DNA from: Candidatus Rifleibacteriota bacterium
GTDB lineage: Bacteria; Muiribacteriota; Ozemobacteria; Ozemobacterales; Ozemobacteraceae
NCBI GenBank assembly: GCA_051747585.1
Contig: JBNJGH010000023.1
Span: forward strand, 1-24,655
DNA length: 24,655 nt
Reading direction: 5' to 3'
Numbering within the stretch: the first letter of the stretch is position 1; the number at the start of each line of letters is the position of its first letter. Under the pieces are notes generated by a model. The model did no database searches. It had not been told where the DNA came from and saw only the letters and a program-made list of their open reading frames with translations. Shown here piece after piece: positions 16,074 through 22,788 of this stretch. The position numbers were made by a program, and so were the translations under genes.

Positions 16074-16994
16074 CTAAATTAAACCTGTTCCGGGCAGGTG
16101 AATCACGGCAATAATAACCATTATCCAGATTAGTAGGTTCAATTGCAGCGGAAAATCCTGTAATAAAACATCTGCAGGATTGTCGCCTAGATTTTTGATG
16201 TGAATTAAATACAAATAACGCAAAATACCATAAATAACCATGGGAACAGAGAGTATAAGTAGATCGGTGCCAAATTTTTGAATGGTTTCGGGACTTACTG
16301 TGTAGAATGAATAGGTTATTATTGCAGTAGCTGCAAGTATCGAAGTCATCTGATCGATGTAAGCCGGTGAATAATCTGAAAGAATTTTTCTGTGCTGGTT
16401 TGCATTTTCGCTTAACGATGCAATTTCCTGTCTTCTTTTTGCAAGCCCGAGAAACATCGACAACATCAGCGTCGATAAAATAAGCCAGTGGGAAATATAT
16501 ATTTGTGAGTCTATAGGCTTTAATAGCCCTACTCCGGCAATAGCTCTAAAGACAAAACCGATTGCAATACTCATTACATCTAAAATTACAAGGTTTTTTA
16601 GTTTGAAGCTGTAAGCGAGATTAAGCATGAAATAGGCCAGAGCAGTGGTAAAAAACAGTTCCGATAAATTCCAGGCAGCAACTAGACTAAAGATTAGAAC
16701 AATAATTAAAACAGCTTTTGCTTCGGTCAGCGGGAGTTCTCCGGAGGCAATCGGACGGTTGCATTTTTGCGGGTGCAACCGATCTTTGCGTATATCGGTT
16801 ATATCATTCATAATGTAAACGCTGCCTGATAATCCGCAAAATATAAAAAAACCGGCAAAGCCATATAACCATGCGTCTAAATTGAAAAGAAGCCTTTGTT
16901 CTGAAAAAAGAAGTCCGGCAAATAAAATTAAATTTTTTGTCCATTGTTTTGGACGCAGACTTGAAAATATCGGTGAAATAGTTAACTTTTTCAT
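16074..16994 (-). CDS. UbiA superfamily, decaprenyl-phosphate phosphoribosyltransferase (DPPR synthase)-like
   Basis: LRPKQWTKN, NDITD...DRLHPQK.NRPIASG, YSFKLK, KRRQE, YGILRY, characteristic of the DPPR-synthase subfamily. Confidence 0.9.
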   Translation of the reverse strand: MKKLTISPIFSSLRPKQWTKNLILFAGLLFSEQRLLFNLDAWLYGFAGFFIFCGLSGSVYIMNDITDIRKDRLHPQKCNRPIASGELPLTEAKAVLIIVLIFSLVAAWNLSELFFTTALAYFMLNLAYSFKLKNLVILDVMSIAIGFVFRAIAGVGLLKPIDSQIYISHWLILSTLMLSMFLGLAKRRQEIASLSENANQHRKILSDYSPAYIDQMTSILAATAIITYSFYTVSPETIQKFGTDLLILSVPMVIYGILRYLYLIHIKNLGDNPADVLLQDFPLQLNLLIWIMVIIAVIHLPGTGLI

Positions 16995-17159
16995 TTTGTA
17001 CTATTGTATAAAAACTCTGTAAATTGCTTCAACAATATAAACTTTGTGCGCTAATAAAGCAACTTTATGATAATAATTTAGCAATTCTCGGTCAGCGACT
17101 ATCAGTTGGTTTCAGAAAATAAAATTCCTCACACCAAGTCGCAAAGCCACAAAGAAAAT

Positions 17160-17369
17160 AACCACAGAGCGCACAGAGAACACAGAGAATCTTTTTCAGC
17201 CATTCTTTCCTTCTTCAGCAAGCCTTCAGAAAAGCACTCGTGTTTTTCTGAAGGCTTGCTGAAGAAGGAAAAGCCGGGCGGTGAAACCGCCGGCTATTTG
17301 TCCACAGGACAAATCCTGGCTGAAAAAGATTAAAAAATCAACTCTGTGCCCTCGGTGGCCTCAGTGGTT
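17160..17369. repeat. Nested palindromic cloverleaf element framed by inverted 3x9-bp CACAGAG repeats
   Basis: 15-bp closing stem 17188-17202/17317-17331; 28-bp perfect hairpin 17206-17233/17244-17271; hairpins 17272-17295 and 17296-17314; outer arms 17160-17187/17342-17369. Confidence 0.9.
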
Positions 17370-17393
17370 TAAATTCTATATTTGACAGAAAGA

Positions 17394-17482
17394 CGAAGCA
17401 ATCTTTGATATGCTCAAATTTAGTACATAACAAAAAATACAAAAATGTCTTGAAACTCGCTAATATTACTAAATGGATAATT
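17394..17482 (+). repeat. 89-bp exact direct repeat, copy 2
   Basis: Identical to 5466-5554. Confidence 0.97.
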
Positions 17483-17492
17483 TCTGACTTTA

Positions 17493-17501
17493 TGATAAAA
17501 T
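17493..17501 (+). promoter_or_regulatory. Putative extended -10 element for the 17512-21323 operon
   Basis: TGATAAAAT followed by 10 nt and ATG 17512, the same motif and spacing as at the hem operon. Confidence 0.45.
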
Positions 17502-17511
17502 CGGTTTTAGA

Positions 17512-18654
17512 ATGACTACAGAAAACAAAGAAATACTTCTGGTTAATAGTGTCGCACCACAAAATATTGGTAGCGGGATTGTTGTCCGCAGCAAGATTCA
17601 TTTCGCACCCCTGGGCCTCTATTGTTTGCAGGCTATGGCTCCCGAGCGAATCTCGGTAATTGATTTGCAGGAGTCAATGCAGGTCGAAGATTGTTTGGGA
17701 AACATAATATTTGAACAGATAAAGACGGTAATTTTAAGACTTACTTCGGCGCATAGTTCTGCCAATGCCCATGAATTGGTTAAAAAGTTTCGTTCTATTT
17801 TTAAAAATGCCCGGATCGGAATATCCGGAGAAGTAGATGCTCATGCTGTCACAGGAGCAGATTTCTACATTTACGGAACGGGACAGACGATTTTGCTTAA
17901 AGCACTGCGAGGCGAAAAAATCGAGGGGCTGCAGCAAAGCATGGAAAAAGACCTCGAGCTTGAAATTCCTGTGCCCGCACAAGCTTTTGCAGAGAGATAC
18001 AACTACAATGCAGAGCCCGAGAAAATTATAAGAGAAAAGACTATCGAAGTCTTTCAGCCCTGGCTTGGGCTTTTTGAATACGGCAACAAGCTTGAAAAAT
18101 ACCCGGGTTCCGCCTGGTTTGTTTCTTTGGCAAAGTGGTTGAGGCAAAGCGGTTATAAAGAATTTCATTTTAGACCCTCTGGCATCACGCCTGAGCATAT
18201 GCACGAGTTGCGTTCTTTGATGTTAAGTTGTGAATGTACTTTTGCCGCTTCTTTTAATGAGCCTCTTTACTCAAGTTTTAAAAGCGATTGTGCCGGGTAT
18301 CCTCTAGCTCAGGTTTGGTTTTACAAGCCGGGAATTTTCAGCAGCAATTCAGAATGTCTTTCATGTTGCAGGCTGCTTCGTGAAAAAAGAATGCCCGTTG
18401 GATTTGCTTTAACCGATAAATCTGTTGAAATGAACGATTTGCCCGATATGCTTAAATTAGCAGACAGAATGGCAGTTATTGATATCAGGAATTGGAAAAT
18501 CAAGACATTAAAAAAGGTTTTTTATTGGTTCTGGGCGGTGAATCATCGTTTTTTCAAGAGGCTTTTTAAAGTAAAAACAGCCGGAGAACTGATTGGTTTT
18601 ATGAAAACGGCTGCAATTGTTCTGGAAGTGATGTTTACAAAAGAAAGAGGTTAA
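17512..18654 (+). CDS. Degenerate B12-binding/radical-SAM-like protein lacking the CX3CX2C motif
   Basis: APLGLYCLQA, VIDLQ, FKNARIGISG, GADFYIYGTGQ resemble the N-terminal domain of B12-binding radical SAM proteins (PLGL..LAA, P.A.I..GG, D....GEGE); no CX3CX2C anywhere. Confidence 0.55.
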   Translation: MTTENKEILLVNSVAPQNIGSGIVVRSKIHFAPLGLYCLQAMAPERISVIDLQESMQVEDCLGNIIFEQIKTVILRLTSAHSSANAHELVKKFRSIFKNARIGISGEVDAHAVTGADFYIYGTGQTILLKALRGEKIEGLQQSMEKDLELEIPVPAQAFAERYNYNAEPEKIIREKTIEVFQPWLGLFEYGNKLEKYPGSAWFVSLAKWLRQSGYKEFHFRPSGITPEHMHELRSLMLSCECTFAASFNEPLYSSFKSDCAGYPLAQVWFYKPGIFSSNSECLSCCRLLREKRMPVGFALTDKSVEMNDLPDMLKLADRMAVIDIRNWKIKTLKKVFYWFWAVNHRFFKRLFKVKTAGELIGFMKTAAIVLEVMFTKERG

Positions 18655-18658
18655 ATAA

Positions 18659-19087
18659 ATGATTCATATTGTGAATGGGCCGAATCTTAATTTGCTCGGT
18701 AAACGCGAAACTGGAATTTATGGTAGAACAACCCTGAAGGAAATAAGGCAGCGAGTAGAAGACCTGGCCTTTTGTAATGGCGTTGAAATTGGGTTTATGC
18801 AAAGTAATCATGAGGGGGAACTTATAGATTATCTGCAAAAAATTCCAGCCGGTGATTCGGTTGTTTTAAATCCCGGTGGCTATGGTCATACAAGCGTTGC
18901 CTTGAGAGATTGTGTGGCGGCCATTGAAGCCCTGGTTGTCGAGGTTCATATATCAAATATTTTTGCCAGAGAAGAGTTTCGTCGAACTTCTTTGATTAGC
19001 CCGGTTTGTGCAGGCTTGATTTCCGGTTTCGGTGCAGATGTCTATTTAATGGCAATGGACTGGCTGCTTGGAAAAGCAGATGGCTGA
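18659..19087 (+). CDS. aroQ: Type II 3-dehydroquinate dehydratase
   Basis: NGPNLNLLGKRE..IYG, QSNHEG, NPGGYGHTSVALRD, EVHISNIFAREEFR. Confidence 0.97.
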   Translation: MIHIVNGPNLNLLGKRETGIYGRTTLKEIRQRVEDLAFCNGVEIGFMQSNHEGELIDYLQKIPAGDSVVLNPGGYGHTSVALRDCVAAIEALVVEVHISNIFAREEFRRTSLISPVCAGLISGFGADVYLMAMDWLLGKADG

Positions 19088-21323
19088 AAAGTTTTCAAAA
19101 CCTGAGCTGTTAGCACCGGCAGGGAACCCTGCCAGTCTTAAAGCCGCATGCCTGGCAGGAGCTGATGCTTTATATATTTCAGGTAAAAGATTTGGTGCTC
19201 GGGCATTTGCAGCTAACTTTGACGAGATGGCAATGAGATGGGCCCGAAGGGTTACCGTTTCTCTTGGTAAAAAGCTTTATGTAACGCTTAACACAATTGT
19301 ATTTGAAAAAGAATGGAAAATTCTTGCTGAAACAATTGAATTTTATAAAAGTTTGCAGCCCGATGCTCTTATAGTTCAAGATATCGGAGTAGCCAGAGAG
19401 CTTCAGCGACAGAAAAGTCAAATACCCCTTCATCTTAGCACCCAAGCCGCATGGTTTGGCAATGGTGCTTTAGCAGAACTGAAAGAACTGGGAATTTCCA
19501 GAGTTATTTTGCCGCGTGAGCTTAGCTTTGAAGAAATCGAAAAAATAGTTGTGGCTTATCCTGAGCTCGAATTCGAGATGTTTGTCCATGGAGCCATGTG
19601 TTACTCGATCTCCGGACGTTGTTACTGGAGCATTGCTCTGGGAAGTCGTTCTGGCAATCGCGGCACTTGCGCACAACCTTGCCGAAAAGAGTATTCAGAT
19701 ATTTCAAAGCCAACTCAGGGTGAGCATTTATTCAGTCCCCGAGATTTGCGACTGATTGATCACATACCCAGTCTGGCGGACTCAGGTATTCATTCATTAA
19801 AAATTGAAGGACGAATGAAAAGTCCAGAATATGTTTACCAGGTAGTAAAGGTATATCGCAGAGCACTTGATGAGCATGAAACAAATACTTCAGAGCTTGA
19901 CGAGGTTTACACAAGAAGTTGCAGCGAAGGTTATTTTAACGGACCGTTGGAGAAGAGCAAGTGGCGTACTAAAGATGATCCCGGCAGAAATGGTGTTCTG
20001 GTAGGCTATGCTTCGGGGCGTAATAAAGATGGGCTGACAGAGATCAAACTGTTGAAATCTGTTCAACCAGGCGAAGGAATATACTGGTTTTCAGATGATA
20101 AAAGACAGGGTAATAAAATTACCTGGATTCAAAAAGAGCCCGAAAAGCAATACCATGTCTGGGTTAGAGGGTTAAAGGGAAAGCTGAAAGCCGATACTGC
20201 AATTTTTCGTATTTCAGGCAATAGAGAGAATAACTGGGAAAAAGATTGGAATCGAAACTGGGAAAGACGACCGGTTGATCTTTTCTGGTCCGGATATGAA
20301 GGATCATGTCTGGCGGTAGAAGCGCGCTTAAACGGTCATCCACTAAGAATCGAATCAGAAGAAAAACTTGCGTTTGCATTAAAAAAAGGACTTGAAGAAG
20401 GGCCACTCGAAAAAAAGTTTGCTGTTCTGGGCGAGTTTTTCAGATCTGGGCGAAATATTTATGAACGCCTGGGAAAAGGTTTGCATATCTCGTCTTCAGC
20501 CCTTAAAAAGATGAAAAGAACTTTGGTAGAAAATCTGGTAAAATTCGAGCAACTTTCGCCGCCTGCTACAGACGGGCGTGGCATTATTCATATTATGGCT
20601 CCTAAAAAGAAAAAGCTGGAAAATAATATTTTTAACAAAAAACAGGAGCCTAAGCTTTATTTAAAGGTCTGGAACCAAAGTTTCCCCTTTGTCAGAGATA
20701 TAGGACCCGATTGCTGGGTTCTGCCATGGAAAACTGATTCCACTAAGATAAAGCGTATTGTGAGTTCACCAATTGCTCACTGGTTGCCCCCGATAGTTAA
20801 TTTTGAACAGTTCGAACGGCTCAAAGTTGAACTGGCCGAAGTAAAAGAAGGCGAATTCTTTTGTGCCGGCTGGGAAATTTTTGATTTATGCCGTTTGTTT
20901 CCCCGGCTTAAATTCAGGTCAGACTGGACTTTTAATGTTTGTAATCTTATGGCCGTCGATTATCTTGCCGGCAAAAATATCAAGACTGTATTTTCCAGAG
21001 AGTGGAAAGACGATTTAATTCCCGCCGATTTGGTTGGATTTCGCTGTGCTTCGCCTTGGAACCCTTTAGTCTCGATGTCGCGATTCAAGCCTTCAATTGA
21101 GACTGGCGACGTTGTTCAGAATTCGCACAATGACCGCTTTTTTTTGATGAATATCGGCAATGGGGTTTCGGGATTGTTTTTGATGGATAAACCCGCAGCT
21201 ATTTATGTCGGGGGGAGTAGCTCGATAATGTTAGACGTTGCAGTAGCTCCGAATGAGAATCCGATTCAGGCAGCTAAAGACCTGAACCGGATGATTGAAT
21301 CTGTTCGCGCTGATCGCGCTTAA
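19080..21323 (+). CDS. Peptidase U32 family Fe-S protein, long RlhA/YdcP-like form
   Basis: PELLAPAG, HLSTQ, LPREL, E.FVHGAMC, CX6CX15CX3C cluster motif, SLKIEGRMK; ATG 19080 overlaps the aroQ end. Confidence 0.9.
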   Translation: MAEKFSKPELLAPAGNPASLKAACLAGADALYISGKRFGARAFAANFDEMAMRWARRVTVSLGKKLYVTLNTIVFEKEWKILAETIEFYKSLQPDALIVQDIGVARELQRQKSQIPLHLSTQAAWFGNGALAELKELGISRVILPRELSFEEIEKIVVAYPELEFEMFVHGAMCYSISGRCYWSIALGSRSGNRGTCAQPCRKEYSDISKPTQGEHLFSPRDLRLIDHIPSLADSGIHSLKIEGRMKSPEYVYQVVKVYRRALDEHETNTSELDEVYTRSCSEGYFNGPLEKSKWRTKDDPGRNGVLVGYASGRNKDGLTEIKLLKSVQPGEGIYWFSDDKRQGNKITWIQKEPEKQYHVWVRGLKGKLKADTAIFRISGNRENNWEKDWNRNWERRPVDLFWSGYEGSCLAVEARLNGHPLRIESEEKLAFALKKGLEEGPLEKKFAVLGEFFRSGRNIYERLGKGLHISSSALKKMKRTLVENLVKFEQLSPPATDGRGIIHIMAPKKKKLENNIFNKKQEPKLYLKVWNQSFPFVRDIGPDCWVLPWKTDSTKIKRIVSSPIAHWLPPIVNFEQFERLKVELAEVKEGEFFCAGWEIFDLCRLFPRLKFRSDWTFNVCNLMAVDYLAGKNIKTVFSREWKDDLIPADLVGFRCASPWNPLVSMSRFKPSIETGDVVQNSHNDRFFLMNIGNGVSGLFLMDKPAAIYVGGSSSIMLDVAVAPNENPIQAAKDLNRMIESVRADRA

Positions 21324-21791
21324 TTAAAAGGCTTTTTCGTCGGGTGATACGAACCCTTTACCTTTAGGTTTAACAGTTAAAACCGCACAAGGAGCTTTTC
21401 TGGCAATCTCATAGCTTGTGCCGCCAAGCCATGAATCAATAAAACCTGATTTGCCGTGGGCGCCTATAACAATCAAACTTACGTTGTTTTCCTGAGCGTA
21501 ATCCAGAATGGTTTCGTGGACAAGTCCGCCTTTAACGGATTTTATAATGTCAAGATCGTTAAATTTCTCGGGAATAAATTTAACCAGTTCTTTCCTATTT
21601 TGTTGTTCCCATTTCTTCGCCGTTTCAAGAGGATCTGACAGATTGCCTGCGTGCAGAACCTCTTCCTCGATGACATTCAGAAGATGAATCTGGGCACCGT
21701 ATTCTGTTGCAAAAGTAGCAGCGTATCGAAGGGCCAGTTCAGAACCCTCAGAAAAATCAACTGGAACTAGAATCTTATCAAATTTAATCAT
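21324..21791 (-). CDS. Universal stress protein
   Basis: KILVPVDFS, LIVIGAHG, GGTS, APCAVLTV. Confidence 0.93.
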   Translation of the reverse strand: MIKFDKILVPVDFSEGSELALRYAATFATEYGAQIHLLNVIEEEVLHAGNLSDPLETAKKWEQQNRKELVKFIPEKFNDLDIIKSVKGGLVHETILDYAQENNVSLIVIGAHGKSGFIDSWLGGTSYEIARKAPCAVLTVKPKGKGFVSPDEKAF

Positions 21792-21857
21792 CGAAGAACC
21801 TTCCCAATCTATAATTTTAAGTTACTATACTACAATTGAATTTATTTAAGGTCAATT

Positions 21858-22700
21858 TTATTTAGTCCAAAAAGGTGTACGACCTTTACAAACTGTATTT
21901 TTATCCATTCCATCAATTCGGCTGGTGCTTATTGTATTGCCGGTCTGAAAGGTAACCCATTTGTTATCTGGTGACAAAGTAGGATAAATTCCTTTGATTA
22001 TTGGTCGCTGGATTTTTTTGTTTTTAAGGTCGAGGTATTCTATTTCATTGGTTCCGTATCTATTAGTGAAGTAAACGAGAAATTTGTTATCTGACGAGAA
22101 TACCGGAAAGGCCTCATTAATTCCTTTGGTGGCGGTAACTTGTTTGATTCCCTGGGCGATAGTTGAAATCAAATATATATCGGTAGAGCCATCTGATTGA
22201 AGCACCGAGGTAGCAATCCATTCGCCATCTGAAGACCAGTCAGCACTTATTACCTTGAGATTTTGCGAAACTTTGCTGGCTCTTCTTCTTTCGATACTGT
22301 AAACGTATAATTCTCCCTTGCCATTGCAGGTTGTATAAAGGAGAAACTTTCCGTCTGGAGAAAAACCTTCAAAAGCAGCATCAGTAAGTATTCTTTTTAG
22401 CTTGTCGCCATTTTTGTTAAGGAGATAAATTTCAGAGCCCATGTCTTCTGTTTTATTGGTGAAACCTATCCAGCCAGATTTCTTATTAAGTCTGGGAAAC
22501 ATGATGTTATGAAATGAAGGAGTAAGTCTTCTTTTGTTGGAGCCATCTGGATCCATTATTGCGAGATAGTTTTTTGTCTTTTCCGGAGAATCTATAAAGA
22601 GAATTTTACCCCCTGGTTTACTTTGTGCATTCGCCATCGCTGGTAGCAAAGCTATGGTGGTAATCAAAATTAAAAATAAAGCTAAAAAATTCCTCTTCAT
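21858..22700 (-). CDS. Exported TolB-like PD40 beta-propeller protein
   Basis: Signal peptide MKRNFLALF...ANA-Q at ATG 22700; repeated FSPDGK, WSSDGE, FSSDNK, LSPDNK blades. Confidence 0.85.
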   Translation of the reverse strand: MKRNFLALFLILITTIALLPAMANAQSKPGGKILFIDSPEKTKNYLAIMDPDGSNKRRLTPSFHNIMFPRLNKKSGWIGFTNKTEDMGSEIYLLNKNGDKLKRILTDAAFEGFSPDGKFLLYTTCNGKGELYVYSIERRRASKVSQNLKVISADWSSDGEWIATSVLQSDGSTDIYLISTIAQGIKQVTATKGINEAFPVFSSDNKFLVYFTNRYGTNEIEYLDLKNKKIQRPIIKGIYPTLSPDNKWVTFQTGNTISTSRIDGMDKNTVCKGRTPFWTK

Positions 22701-22718
22701 ATTTATTTTGCCTTTCTG

Positions 22719-22750
22719 AAAAAAAATCAGGCGGGTTTTCGCCCGCCTGA
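22719..22750 (-). terminator. Rho-independent terminator of the LysM gene
   Basis: Minus strand TCAGGCGGG-CGAAAA-CCCGCCTGA followed by T8. Confidence 0.88.
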
Positions 22751-22788
22751 AAGTATAAACCAATTTCGATTAACAGTGCCAGAATTTT

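Larger units (their letters stand above)
17071..17486. mobile_element. MITE-like non-autonomous element B (about 416 bp)
   Basis: Right end AAATGGATAATTTCTG (17471-17486) matches the reverse complement of the element A left end at 15/16; direct repeat ACTTTATGA(TAA) at 17062-17073 and 17487-17498; left end TAATAATTTAGCAATT is a degenerate TIR (10-11/16). Confidence 0.65.

Noticed and set aside
17106..17333. 75-aa ORF with HRAHREHRE repeats
   Set aside because: TTG start without Shine-Dalgarno; the peptide pattern is a by-product of 9-mer repeats and palindromes
17100..17490. CRISPR array or tRNA
   Set aside because: No regularly spaced direct repeats with unique spacers; the cloverleaf has stems far too long and lacks D and T loop motifs
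16074..21323. Anaerobic quinone biosynthesis cluster (UbiA, U32, aroQ, radical SAM)
   Set aside because: The UbiA protein has DPPR-synthase motifs rather than 4-hydroxybenzoate prenyltransferase ones, is divergently transcribed, and the U32 protein is the long RlhA-like form rather than a UbiU/UbiV pair
22701..22763. N-terminal extension of the TolB-like ORF
   Set aside because: It spans the intrinsic terminator; ATG 22700 gives a clean signal peptide
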